Shown: piece by piece, positions 16,465-26,078 of the stretch
How the letters are laid out: every line of letters starts with the position of its first letter
How positions within the stretch are numbered: position 1 is the first letter of the stretch
NCBI GenBank assembly: GCA_044375695.1
Contig: JBILMG010000001.1
Span: 1-54,827, forward strand
Source: Minisyncoccia bacterium
GTDB lineage: Bacteria; Patescibacteriota; Minisyncoccia; Phycocordibacterales; JAACPR01
Reading direction: 5' to 3'
Length of the DNA: 54,827 bases
Made by a program: the position numbers and the translations under genes
Notes under the pieces: model-generated
What the model was told of the DNA's origin: nothing
The model's database searches: none
What the model saw: the letters and a program-made list of their open reading frames with translations, nothing else

Positions 16465-16580
16465 CCGAAAGTTTTTCCCGTCGCGAGCGCCGCTCAGAAA
16501 ATAAAATAATGCCGGCCGGAGAGTTGCCTCTCCGGCCGGGTTTGTTGTTTTGCGTGCTTGCGGTTTCTTCCAGTGCCTTA

Positions 16581-16637
16581 TGGCAGGGAACGTTCCAAGG
16601 ATGACCTCGGTTTTGAGCCGTGGCAGAAGGAACGTTC
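16581..16637 (+). promoter_or_regulatory. Direct repeat of TGGCAG(N0-2)GGAACGTTC upstream of ftsE (candidate operator)
   Basis: TGGCAGGGAACGTTCC (16581-16596; GGAACGTTCC is palindromic) and TGGCAGAAGGAACGTTC (16621-16637). Confidence 0.35.
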
Positions 16638-16735
16638 GGGCGTAAATCTAGCGCCGGCGCTCTACGGCGTCAAATCCGATAGTTTTCCCCGCGTTCCTCC
16701 CGTGGCGGTCGGCTGCTACAATGCGCGGGCTAACG

Positions 16736-17416
16736 ATGATTCACTTCGACCGCGTCACCAAGGTATACGACGACGACACCGCGGCTGTCCGCGACGTGTC
16801 GCTGCGCATCGAGCCGCAGGAGCTCGTCACCATTGTCGGCCGCTCGGGCTCGGGCAAGACCACGCTCCTCAAGATGCTCTTCGCCGAAGAGTCGCCGACC
16901 TCGGGCGCGGTCTACTTCGAGGGCGCCGACGTGCACGCCATGCGCCGCCGCGAGCTCCTCGAGCTTCGCCGCCGCATCGGCACCGTCTTCCAGGACTTCC
17001 GCCTGCTGCCGAATAAGAACGTCTTCGAGAACGTCGCCTTCGCCATGGAGGTGGCCGGCCGCCCGGAAGAGGAGATTCACGCCGATGTGCCGCACGTGCT
17101 CGAGCTGGTCGATCTGACCTCGAAGGCGTGGAACTTCCCGGACGAGCTCTCGGGCGGCGAGCGCCAGCGCGTGGCGATTGCCCGCGCCATCGTCAACCAG
17201 CCCGACATCCTGGTGGCCGATGAGCCGACCGGCAACCTCGACCCCGAGAACACCTACGAGATCGTGCAGATCATTAAGCGCGTGCACGACCTCGGCACCA
17301 CCGTGCTCCTCACCACGCACAACATCGGCGTCGTCGAAGAGCTCGGCTGCCGGGTGGTGACCCTGGATCGCGGCGTTATTACCCGAGACGATCCTAAGGG
17401 CGGCTACGCCCTCTAG
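16736..17416 (+). CDS. ftsE: Cell division ATP-binding protein FtsE
   Basis: Walker [18 protein letters not shown] signature, Walker [13 protein letters not shown]; followed by ftsX; an alternative ATG lies at 16721. Confidence 0.88.
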   Translation: MIHFDRVTKVYDDDTAAVRDVSLRIEPQELVTIVGRSGSGKTTLLKMLFAEESPTSGAVYFEGADVHAMRRRELLELRRRIGTVFQDFRLLPNKNVFENVAFAMEVAGRPEEEIHADVPHVLELVDLTSKAWNFPDELSGGERQRVAIARAIVNQPDILVADEPTGNLDPENTYEIVQIIKRVHDLGTTVLLTTHNIGVVEELGCRVVTLDRGVITRDDPKGGYAL

Positions 17417-17555
17417 AGCATGTCCAAAAAACTCTCCGGCTTTGTTGCCTTCGTCGCGCGACCCCTCACCGTACAGCAGTACGGCTCGGGCTCGAGCTCC
17501 TCGGCGCCTCGCCGGGCGAGCTTTTTATCCACGCTCTAGGAGCTAAGACAAAGAA

Positions 17556-18479
17556 ATGTTTTCCACCAACCTCCGCCGCATCTTCCGAACCGGATTCCTG
17601 CACTGCGTGCGCAACGGCTTCGTTTCTCTTTCCGCCGTCGCGGTGATGGTGGTGGCGCTCTCGGTCATCGCGGGCACCGCGATCGCCGGCGGCCTCCTGC
17701 GCACCTCGCTCTCCGCCATCGAGGAGAAGGTCGACATCAACGTCTACCTCACCACCACGGCCACCATGGAAGAGGCGACCGCGCTGCGCGTCGCCATCGA
17801 GACCCTGCCCGAGGTTGCGGGCGTCGAGCCGATCTCGGCCGAAGAGCGCCTGGCGCGCTTCAAGGAGCGAAACCAGCACGACCAGCGCACCATTGAGGTC
17901 CTCGACGAGCTCGAGGTAAACCCGCTCGGGCCGGCCCTCCTGGTGAAGGCGAAGACGCCGTCGCAGTACGCGGGCGTCGCCAAGTTCCTCGAGCAGAACT
18001 ACCCGGTCGGCTCCTCGGTGGTTGCCGACGTGAACTACTTCCGCAACAAGGAGGTGATCGACCGCCTCTCGAACATCATCGACGCGGGCGACAAGCTCGG
18101 CGCGACCGTCGCGATCGCGCTCATCCTGGTTGCGGTCGGCGTGACCCTCAACACCATCCGCCTGGCCATCTACGTCTCGAAGGACGAAATTTCCATCATG
18201 AAGCTGGTCGGCGCCGAGCAGAGCTACATCGCGGGACCGTTTTTGGTTGCCGGCGGCATCTACGGCCTTGCGGCGGCCGCCCTCACGCTGGCTATCTCGT
18301 TCCCCGCGGCCTACTACCTGGCGCCCGCCACGCAGCAGTTCTTCGGGGAATCCTCCTCGTTCGCCTACCTGATGGGGAACTTTGGGCAGGTGGCCCTCCT
18401 GGTCGTCGGCTCGGGCCTCCTCGTCGGCGTCGGCTCCTCGCTCATCGCGGTGCACCGCTACCTCCGGGGGAAGGCCTAG
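17556..18479 (+). CDS. ftsX: Cell division permease-like protein FtsX
   Basis: TM1, large extracytoplasmic domain, then 3 C-terminal TM helices; MKLVGAEQSYIAGPF motif; sits next to ftsE. Confidence 0.85.
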   Translation: MFSTNLRRIFRTGFLHCVRNGFVSLSAVAVMVVALSVIAGTAIAGGLLRTSLSAIEEKVDINVYLTTTATMEEATALRVAIETLPEVAGVEPISAEERLARFKERNQHDQRTIEVLDELEVNPLGPALLVKAKTPSQYAGVAKFLEQNYPVGSSVVADVNYFRNKEVIDRLSNIIDAGDKLGATVAIALILVAVGVTLNTIRLAIYVSKDEISIMKLVGAEQSYIAGPFLVAGGIYGLAAAALTLAISFPAAYYLAPATQQFFGESSSFAYLMGNFGQVALLVVGSGLLVGVGSSLIAVHRYLRGKA

Positions 18480-18501
18480 CCCGAGCTCTCGGTGTCAGCC
18501 C

Positions 18502-18561
18502 GAGTCCGACGAGAAACGTCCTCAGGTACAGGTGTGCCTGAGGACGTTTCTCGTCGGACTC
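18502..18561. repeat. 25-bp perfect inverted repeat (hairpin) without a T-tract
   Basis: GAGTCCGACGAGAAACGTCCTCAGG-10 nt-CCTGAGGACGTTTCTCGTCGGACTC. Confidence 0.8.
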
Positions 18562-18692
18562 GCGATTGGCAAAGAAACCCGCGTTAGCTCGCCGCGGTCT
18601 TCGTGCCAGGCATCTGCGTATCTGGCGGAAATATTCCGAAAAATTTAAAAAGAAAAACCCGTCCGCGGCGAGCGGGCAGGCCAAAGTTTGGT

Positions 18693-19244
18693 TTACGGCT
18701 GAGCTGGCGGTTGCCACTGCCGGTGCAGGTTTATCGCCTCGTTCTCGTTCTGCGCGAAAGGTTCGAAACCTTTCGGCAAATCAGACAGCCTGACCGGCGA
18801 CGTCCGCCATTTCCACGAGGTAACCTCTTCGCCTACGACGCCGACGCGAGGCACGCCTAGATTTTTCGTGGCGTACTCGAACGGGCCACCCGGAGAGAAG
18901 TGCGCGGGAAACTCGGTTCTGAGGGTTCCGCGGCGGATTTCCACCGAAGTTCCGGCGAACAGTATTCGCGGGTACAGGTGAGCGTCTTTGGCGGGGAAGC
19001 CGAAGCGTTGCTCGAAAGCGGCGCGATCGGCTTTTCGCTCCTGGGCGAGCTCTCGCTCCACCCGACGGTCGAACTCGATTCTTTTCGCCTCCGCGGCTTC
19101 TTCGCGAGCCTTCCGGTCTTCGGGGCTCTCTTCCGGCTCTGCCGCGGGGGTGGCCGGGTAGTAGTAATTGTTGACGACGGTCGGCTTGCAGGAGGAGAGG
19201 GCGGCAGCCGCGATCAGGACTAACGTGAGGATGGTAAGGTGCAT
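18693..19244 (-). CDS. Lipoprotein, hypothetical
   Basis: Signal peptide with lipobox MHLTILTLVLIAAAALSSC. Confidence 0.65.
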   Translation of the reverse strand: MHLTILTLVLIAAAALSSCKPTVVNNYYYPATPAAEPEESPEDRKAREEAAEAKRIEFDRRVERELAQERKADRAAFEQRFGFPAKDAHLYPRILFAGTSVEIRRGTLRTEFPAHFSPGGPFEYATKNLGVPRVGVVGEEVTSWKWRTSPVRLSDLPKGFEPFAQNENEAINLHRQWQPPAQP

Positions 19245-19253
19245 ACGAAAATT

Positions 19254-19282
19254 ACTATAATTATGATTATTAATATTGTCAA
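19254..19282 (-). promoter_or_regulatory. Sigma70-type promoter (near-leaderless) for the 19244 gene
   Basis: Minus strand: TTGACA, 17 nt, TATAGT, then 9 nt to the ATG. Confidence 0.65.
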
Positions 19283-19323
19283 ATAACGTGCGCCAGCCGT
19301 GCGGCGCTTAACAGGGGATAATG

Positions 19324-19351
19324 TTGACTTTTTAAATAATTATGTTAATAA
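19324..19351 (+). promoter_or_regulatory. Sigma70-type promoter for the 19361 gene
   Basis: TTGACT, 16 nt, TAATAA, then 9 nt to the ATG. Confidence 0.6.
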
Positions 19352-19360
19352 TATTTCCGT

Positions 19361-19885
19361 ATGGAACACCTTTTTAAAATCACAATTTCCGCTCCTCACA
19401 CCCGCCAAATCGATTATTTCGACGGAGGCATTCACGAAGTCGACGCCGAGGTCTCCCTCTGGGACCTGGCGCACCGGGGCGACGTTCGCACGCTGTCCGG
19501 AGATTACCTGGATAGCTGCCATTTCGAGAAGCCGTTCGACGGCGTCCGTCGCGTCAGCACCTTGGTCTTGGCGCTGAAGGCACTCGACGAGCGCCTGTCT
19601 AGGTCGGAGTACTCTTGGGTCCTCGAGAACTTGGATGGGGGCACCTGGAGATCTGCGTCTGCGCACACCTTGCTGACCTTTGCCTCGGCCGAAAAATCTC
19701 GCGTCGAGGGGCCGCTGATCGCCATGGGGTCGCTTTGCCTCGGTCACTACGGCCATAAGCAGGGGCTCCCGCTTTCGTTGAGCGAAAAGACAAACGTGAG
19801 CCCCCGGCAAGTCAGGATTCATGGATTCGATTCATTTTTCGGTGGCGGGTACACGTACTTCCTGCTCGAGAGGGATGCTGCGTAG
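19361..19885 (+). CDS. Hypothetical protein
   Basis: 174-aa ORF with its own promoter; no family recognised. Confidence 0.55.
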   Translation: MEHLFKITISAPHTRQIDYFDGGIHEVDAEVSLWDLAHRGDVRTLSGDYLDSCHFEKPFDGVRRVSTLVLALKALDERLSRSEYSWVLENLDGGTWRSASAHTLLTFASAEKSRVEGPLIAMGSLCLGHYGHKQGLPLSLSEKTNVSPRQVRIHGFDSFFGGGYTYFLLERDAA

Positions 19886-19955
19886 TCCTAATTTACCGAC
19901 CTCTGCCAGCGGCTCTCAGCCGCTGGTTTTCTTTTTCCGGTCCTCGCGGCAGTGT

Positions 19956-19984
19956 TTGACATTAATTTAAAAATGATGTAATAA
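19956..19984 (+). promoter_or_regulatory. Sigma70-type promoter, leaderless geometry
   Basis: TTGACA, 17 nt, TAATAA, with the ATG 7 nt after the -10. Confidence 0.65.
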
Positions 19985-19991
19985 ATTTTAG

Positions 19992-20567
19992 ATGGATCCA
20001 TTAACCAAAATAGAATTAGTTAGCGTCCGGTCGGTCGTCACGAGGGAATTCTCTTTTGGCGATCGCCGGTTCTCGTTCACGGAGTACCCGCCGATCTCGG
20101 TCGACTACCGGTCGGCGCGTTCGAGCCAGTATGGCTACGCGGCAATGCTTCGGCCGATCTACGTCAATATTCGTGGCGACGACAGCAAGGTTCGGGACTT
20201 CTTCAAGAGGTTCCCGCCCGTTGGCGGCAACGCCAAAAAGCCGACACTTCTCGAAGTGGCGGTGGTGGCGTTCGTGGGTGCGGTCGAGATCAGTTTTGCC
20301 GAGCGGGTAATCTCGCTCATCGACCCGCAAAATCCGTGGCAGAACGCCGACGTTGCGGCCGGTTGCGCCTTCGTGGCGTCTGCCGAGCTTGCTCTGTACG
20401 ATCGCGAAATCGTGGTGGCGGGGTCTCGGGACCAGCGAGGAGATTCGCTCGTCTTCTCCAGGGACGACGAATCAGGCTGCCTCTCGCTGAGAGATGCATA
20501 CCTGTCCGATTCTGGCGCCAGGGCCGAGGCTTTCCTCGTCGCCAGAAGGCCTAAGCCACAGCCTTAA
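19992..20567 (+). CDS. Hypothetical protein
   Basis: 191-aa ORF; no family recognised. Confidence 0.55.
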   Translation: MDPLTKIELVSVRSVVTREFSFGDRRFSFTEYPPISVDYRSARSSQYGYAAMLRPIYVNIRGDDSKVRDFFKRFPPVGGNAKKPTLLEVAVVAFVGAVEISFAERVISLIDPQNPWQNADVAAGCAFVASAELALYDREIVVAGSRDQRGDSLVFSRDDESGCLSLRDAYLSDSGARAEAFLVARRPKPQP

Positions 20568-20698
20568 TTTTGTGATCTATGTCTTCGGCGGCCACGTTTA
20601 CGCGGCCGCCGATTTTCTTTTTCCGAAACTTAGAAATAAGTAAAAGATTGTGTCTAGTCGCGCGCGTCGCCGCGGGTGCGGTAAAATGCCAGCCGCAA

Positions 20699-22432
20699 AT
20701 GGCCGACGCGAAGAACCTCAGGAAAGCTTCCGCGAAAGGCCGCCCCGCCGCCTCTCCCTCTAAGAAGGCCGCTCCCCAAAAAGCGCCCAAGGCTCGCAAA
20801 TTCATTTTTGTGGTCGGCGGCGTGATGTCGGGCGTGGGCAAGGGGATCGCCACCGCGTCTCTGGGCACCATCATTCAGGGCATGGGCCACCGGGTGAACC
20901 TGGTTAAGGCGGACCCTTACCTCAACGTCGACGCCGGCAACATGAACCCCACCGAGCACGGCGAGGTGTTCGTGATGCGCCACGGTCTCGAGACCGACCA
21001 GGACATGGGGAACTACGAGCGCTTCCTGGACCGCGACCTCACCGACGAGGACTACATGACCTCCGGCATGGTCTACAAGGCGGTCATCGACCGCGAGCGC
21101 TCCTTGGGCTACGGCGGCAAGTGCGTCGAGGCGATCCCGCACGTGCGCGACGAGATCGTGGCCCGCTTCGAGCGCGCGGCCGAAGCGTCCGACGCCGACG
21201 TCACCATCGTCGAGATTGGCGGCACCATCGGCGACTTCCAGAACGCGCTCTTCTACGAGGCCGCGAAGTTCATGAAGCTGCGCCGCCCGGCTGACGTCGT
21301 CTTCGTGATGGTCTCGTACCTCCCGGTGCCGGGCGCGCTCGGCGAGATGAAGACGCGTCCCACGCAGAACGCGGTCAACCAGCTGGCCGCCTACGGCATT
21401 CAGGCCAACTTCATCATCGCCCGCGCTCCGGAACCGGTCGACGAGCGCCGCAAGGAAAAGATTGCCGCCGCCACCGGTATTCCCGCCGATCACGTGATTT
21501 CGGCGCCAGACATCGCGTCTGTCTACGACGTGCCCGTCAATTTCGAGGCCGACAAAACCGGCGAGAAGATTGCGCACGCGCTCGGCATCAAGAATGGCGG
21601 CGTCGACCTGCGCCGCTGGAAGGCCTTCGTCAAAAAGGTGAAGGACGCCGCCGCGCGCCCGGTCAAAATTGCGGTGGTGGGGAAGTACTTCGATACCGGC
21701 GACTTCGTGCTCTCCGACAGCTACCTCTCGGTCATCGAGGCGCTCAAGTATTCCGGCTACCACCTGGGCGCGAAGCCCGCCCTCACCTGGATCAACTCCA
21801 AGAGGTACGACGACGACCCGAAGCTGGTCAAAGAGCTCGCCGACTTCGATGGCGTGGTTGTGCCGGGCGGCTTCGGCACCTCCGGCATCGAGGGCAAGAT
21901 CGCGGCTATCAAGTTCTGCCGCGAGCAGAAGATTCCGTACTTTGGCCTCTGCTACGGCATGCAGCTCCTCACCATTGAGTTCGCGCGGCACATGGCGGGC
22001 CTGGCCGGCGCGCAGACCGCCGAGATTGATCCGAAGGCCGCGCACGTCGTCATCGACGTCATGCCTGATCAGAAAGAAAAAATCGCGCGCGGTGACTACG
22101 GCGGCTCGATGCGCCTAGGTTCCTACCCGTGCCGCCTCAAGAAGGGGACAATCGCGCGCAAGGCCTACGGCGCGGATCTGATCACCGAGCGCCACCGCCA
22201 CCGCTACGAGGTGAACCCCGGCTACGTCGCCGACCTCGAGGCCGCCGGGCTCATCTTTTCCGGCACCTCGCCCGACGGTCGCCTGTGCGAAATCGCCGAG
22301 CTGCCCAAAGAGGCGCACCCGTTCATGCTCGGCACCCAGTTCCACCCGGAGTTCCTCGCCCGCCCGCTCTCGCCGCACCCGCTCTTCACCGCGTTCATCG
22401 AGGCGGCGCTCGCGAGGCAGGGTAGGGGGTAG
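20699..22432 (+). CDS. pyrG: CTP synthase, with a Lys/Ala-rich N-terminal extension
   Basis: FIFVVGGVMSGVGKGIATASLG, DPYLNVDAGNMNP, and the GATase part GLCYGMQL...HRHRYEVN. The ATG at 20699 is preferred to the ORF-track start at 20579. Confidence 0.92.
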   Translation: MADAKNLRKASAKGRPAASPSKKAAPQKAPKARKFIFVVGGVMSGVGKGIATASLGTIIQGMGHRVNLVKADPYLNVDAGNMNPTEHGEVFVMRHGLETDQDMGNYERFLDRDLTDEDYMTSGMVYKAVIDRERSLGYGGKCVEAIPHVRDEIVARFERAAEASDADVTIVEIGGTIGDFQNALFYEAAKFMKLRRPADVVFVMVSYLPVPGALGEMKTRPTQNAVNQLAAYGIQANFIIARAPEPVDERRKEKIAAATGIPADHVISAPDIASVYDVPVNFEADKTGEKIAHALGIKNGGVDLRRWKAFVKKVKDAAARPVKIAVVGKYFDTGDFVLSDSYLSVIEALKYSGYHLGAKPALTWINSKRYDDDPKLVKELADFDGVVVPGGFGTSGIEGKIAAIKFCREQKIPYFGLCYGMQLLTIEFARHMAGLAGAQTAEIDPKAAHVVIDVMPDQKEKIARGDYGGSMRLGSYPCRLKKGTIARKAYGADLITERHRHRYEVNPGYVADLEAAGLIFSGTSPDGRLCEIAELPKEAHPFMLGTQFHPEFLARPLSPHPLFTAFIEAALARQGRG

Positions 22433-22536
22433 CTGATTTGCCGGCGACCTGGCTGCGCCCAAGTGGCGCCTTTTCTTTTGGCGTGTTCCGGTGTATGTTC
22501 CGCGGCCGACGTCAGACCTTTTCCCAAAAAATAAAA

Positions 22537-23151
22537 ATGCTTCCACCGCACCCAATTACTCACCCAGCAATTATCCTTACCGGCACCTCGACCGCCGGCA
22601 AGAGCACTCTCGCCAAAAGGCTCGCCCAAGAAACCGGCGCTCGACGCGTGAGCGCCGATAGCATGCGCGTCCGCCTGTACCGCGACAACGACTACGGACC
22701 GGCTGCCCGCTTCTACGCCGATCAGCCGTGCCAGCAAACCTACTTCGATTCGACCGATCCCGACGCGCGCTGGGAACACCTGCGCCGCCAGTCGCGCAAG
22801 CTCTGGATGGCGATGTACATGCAGTTCGTCTGCGGCTACAGAATCAGTCCCGGGCCCGTGGTGTTCGAGGGGGTAAACCTGCTGCCGAACATTGTTTCCG
22901 AAGACCTGCGCGGCATTCCGATTGTCGCCGTTGTTTGCGACGACGAAGAGGCAATCCTGGCGCGCCTCGCCGAAAAGCCGCGATGGGGGACCACCCCCGA
23001 GCTGCAGGCGCTCGAGGCGCGGCAAATTGCCCACGAGCAGGCGCCGCGCTACCGCGAGCTAACCCTCGCCGCCGGCGGCCACGTTTTCTCGTCGGTCGAG
23101 GAGGCGATGCCGCACTGCCTCAAGATTCTCTCTGGCGCCGGCGCGTCCTAG
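22537..23151 (+). CDS. P-loop NTPase / kinase-like protein
   Basis: Walker A GTSTAGKSTLAKRL near the N-terminus; ATG at 22537. Confidence 0.55.
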   Translation: MLPPHPITHPAIILTGTSTAGKSTLAKRLAQETGARRVSADSMRVRLYRDNDYGPAARFYADQPCQQTYFDSTDPDARWEHLRRQSRKLWMAMYMQFVCGYRISPGPVVFEGVNLLPNIVSEDLRGIPIVAVVCDDEEAILARLAEKPRWGTTPELQALEARQIAHEQAPRYRELTLAAGGHVFSSVEEAMPHCLKILSGAGAS

Positions 23152-23234
23152 CCGGCCACCTTGACCCGCGAGCCCCTGGCTCGCGTTTTCTTTTTTCGGT
23201 TCCCGGCGAGGCTCGGGTGAACTAGAATAGGCGC

Positions 23235-24260
23235 ATGGCTAAAAAAACTATTCAGACCGTGTTCTTCTTCGCGCTCCTCTTGGCGGCGCTCGCGGCGTCG
23301 GTGGCCATGTTCATGCCGTTCTTCAACGTGATCGCGCTCTCGGCGATCCTGGCGCTCACGTTCCAGCCGCTCTTCCGTTTCCTGCGCGACCGCGTCTGCT
23401 TCCGCCGCGGCACCCCGGCGGCGCTCCTCACGCTCCTCGTCATCGCGGGCCTCGTCATTGGCCCGCTCTCCTGGATCGGGGCGCGCGTCCTCGATGAGTC
23501 CCGCGAGGTTTACGCCAACCTTTCGCAGGCGAGCGCCGCGAGCTTCTCGGCCCGCCTCGAAGGCTGGGTCGAGGCGCCGGTGCGCGCCTACGTCGACGGC
23601 TTCGAGCTCGACCTACGCGCTTACGCCTCGGCGGTGTTCCGCTACCTGGCCGGAAACGCCGGCGCGGTGCTCTCGGGCGCGCTGTCGGCGGTCGCCTCGC
23701 TCGCGCTCACCCTCATCGCCACCTTCTTCTTCCTCAAGGATGGGCCCGCGCTGCTTGCCCAGCTGCGTCGCCTGTCGCCGCTCGACGAGGACGACGACGT
23801 CGCCATTGGCGGCAAGGTAGCCGCCGCGGTCCGCGCGGTGGTGCACGGCGTCGTCCTGGTGGGCGCTATTCAGGGCATCCTCGTCGGCGTCGGCTTCGCG
23901 GTGTTCGGCGTTGGCAACGCGACCCTCTGGGGCACGTTCGCGGCGCTCCTCGCCATGGTGCCAGGCCTCGGCACGGGCGTGGTAACCCTGCCGGCTGTCC
24001 TCTACATGCTGGCGGCGGGGAAGACCGGCGCGGCGATCGGCGTCGGCGTCTGGGGCTTCGCCGTCGTCGGCCTAATCGACAATTTCCTGGCGCCGTACTT
24101 CTATAGCAAGGGCGTGCACATTCACCAGGTGGCCATTCTCTTCGGCGTGCTCGGGGGCATCGCCCTGTTCGGGCCGCTCGGGTTCGTCTACGGCCCGGTG
24201 CTCCTGGCGCTCCTGCACGCGCTGGTTTCCTCGTACCGCGAGCGGTTCATGGGGCAGTAG
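23235..24260 (+). CDS. AI-2E family transporter (UPF0118/PerM-like)
   Basis: Eight hydrophobic segments in the typical layout, including ...FFFLKDG... and NFLAPYFYSKGVHIH. Confidence 0.75.
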   Translation: MAKKTIQTVFFFALLLAALAASVAMFMPFFNVIALSAILALTFQPLFRFLRDRVCFRRGTPAALLTLLVIAGLVIGPLSWIGARVLDESREVYANLSQASAASFSARLEGWVEAPVRAYVDGFELDLRAYASAVFRYLAGNAGAVLSGALSAVASLALTLIATFFFLKDGPALLAQLRRLSPLDEDDDVAIGGKVAAAVRAVVHGVVLVGAIQGILVGVGFAVFGVGNATLWGTFAALLAMVPGLGTGVVTLPAVLYMLAAGKTGAAIGVGVWGFAVVGLIDNFLAPYFYSKGVHIHQVAILFGVLGGIALFGPLGFVYGPVLLALLHALVSSYRERFMGQ

Positions 24261-24498
24261 GGGAAAGGCTTTTTTGGGAGGGTGGCGCGCCGGAACGGCG
24301 CGCCACTTGCTTTTATAGTAAAATATGTTATCTTTTTCCGACCGCAGTCACCCCACGCTTTAGGGAGAACGGCCTCGCCGCAGCGCGAGCCCAGGAACTC
24401 CACGGATTTGGGTAGCACGAGCCGCTAGGCTCTCTCGGACCACTTTAGGTCTCAGTGCGGCTTACGCTAACGGGCGCAGAGCGCCCACCCAACAAAAA

Positions 24499-25977
24499 GT
24501 GAACAATCAGTCTTCTCACGGTCGCTCCGGCGGCCCTCGCCGTTCGTTCGGCGGCCCGCGCCCTCAGGGTCAGGGTGCTCCTCGCCGTTCGTTCGGCGGC
24601 GGCCACGCGCCCCGCGCCGAAGATCGCGGCGTTTTCCGCGGCGATGACCGCGCCCCGCAGGGCGGCGGTCACGGCTCTTCCTACGCCGGCGGCTCCCGCG
24701 GCTACCAGAGCGGCGGCCAGGGCTCTTCCCAGGGCGGCTACGCGCCCCGCTCCGGCGGCTATGCCGGTCGCTCCGGCGGCAGCCGCTTCGGCGGCCAGGG
24801 CGGCTCTCGCGGCGGCTTTAGCGGCGGTCGCTCCGGCGGCTTCGGCGGCCGCGGCAAGCGCGGCGGCCAGACCATCGACGTCGAGCGCATCATCCGCGAG
24901 GAGCGCGAGCGCGCGGCGCACCAGGGCCCCGTTGCCGTCGTGAAGATCGAGCACTCCTTCGCGGAGTTCCCGTTCCTCCCGCGCATTCACCAGAACATCG
25001 AGAACCTCGGCTACAAGCTGCCGTCCCCGATTCAGGACCGCTCTATTCCGGCCGCGCTCGCGGGTTCCGATGTCATCGGCCTCGCGGACACCGGTACCGG
25101 CAAGACCGCTGCGTTCCTGCTCCCGCTCATCGATAAGGTTCTCAGGAAGCCCGGCGAGCGCGTCCTCGTGATCGCGCCGACCCGCGAGCTCGCGGTGCAG
25201 ATCGACGAGGAGCTCCAGAAGTTCTCGTCGGGCACGCACGCGCGCGGCGCGGTGTGCATCGGCGGCGCGCCGATGGGCAAGCAGATTCGCCAGCTGCGCG
25301 AGATTCCGTCCTTCGTGATCGGCACCCCGGGCCGCCTCAAGGACCTCCGCGACCAGCGCGTCCTCAAGTTCGAGGAGTTCCGCAACGTCGTCCTCGACGA
25401 GGTGGACCGCATGCTCGACATGGGGTTCATCGCCCCGATCCGCGCCATCATGCGCGAGACCCCAGGCGACCGGCAGACGCTGCTCTTCTCGGCCACCATG
25501 CCGCCGGAGATTCGCGCCCTCGCCGCGGAGTTCCTCCGCAATCCGGTGACCATCGAGATCGCCTCGAACCGCTCGTCGTCTTCGGTCGAGCAGGAGGTCA
25601 TTCGCGTCGATTTCGCCAAGAAGTACGACGCGCTCTGCGAGCTCCTGAAGCGCCCGGAGATGGCCCGCGTCCTCGTCTTCAACGAGACGAAGCACGGCGC
25701 CGAGAAGCTCGCCAAGAACCTCCAGAAGGACGGCTTCGCGGCGGACGCCATTCACGGCGGCCGCAGCCAGCCGCAGCGCCAGCGCGCGCTCAACGCCTTC
25801 AAGTCGGGCGCCGTTAAGGTGCTCGTGGCGACCGACGTGGCCGCCCGCGGCATCGACGTGAAGAACGTCTCGCACGTGGTGAACTACACGCTCCCGCACA
25901 CCCGCGAGGACTACGTGCACCGCGTCGGCCGCACCGGCCGCGGCGGCGAGACCGGCAAGGCGTACTCGTTCGTCTAG
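24499..25977 (+). CDS. DEAD-box ATP-dependent RNA helicase with an N-terminal RGG/GS-rich tail
   Basis: Q motif, ADTGTGKTAAF (motif I), DEVD (motif II variant), SAT, ARGIDV, HRVGRTGR; GTG start. Confidence 0.9.
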   Translation: MNNQSSHGRSGGPRRSFGGPRPQGQGAPRRSFGGGHAPRAEDRGVFRGDDRAPQGGGHGSSYAGGSRGYQSGGQGSSQGGYAPRSGGYAGRSGGSRFGGQGGSRGGFSGGRSGGFGGRGKRGGQTIDVERIIREERERAAHQGPVAVVKIEHSFAEFPFLPRIHQNIENLGYKLPSPIQDRSIPAALAGSDVIGLADTGTGKTAAFLLPLIDKVLRKPGERVLVIAPTRELAVQIDEELQKFSSGTHARGAVCIGGAPMGKQIRQLREIPSFVIGTPGRLKDLRDQRVLKFEEFRNVVLDEVDRMLDMGFIAPIRAIMRETPGDRQTLLFSATMPPEIRALAAEFLRNPVTIEIASNRSSSSVEQEVIRVDFAKKYDALCELLKRPEMARVLVFNETKHGAEKLAKNLQKDGFAADAIHGGRSQPQRQRALNAFKSGAVKVLVATDVAARGIDVKNVSHVVNYTLPHTREDYVHRVGRTGRGGETGKAYSFV

Positions 25978-25993
25978 CCAAACTTTAGCTACG

Positions 25994-26032
25994 AAAAAGA
26001 CCGGCGGCCGCTTCGCGGCCGCCGGTCTTTTT
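25994..26032. terminator. Bidirectional hairpin terminator
   Basis: AAAAAGACCGGCGGCCG-CTTC-GCGGCCGCCGGTCTTTTT between convergent genes. Confidence 0.8.
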
Positions 26033-26078
26033 GTCTGTAAAAGAAAACCGTCGCCGAGGCGACGGGCATGAGCTGGCG

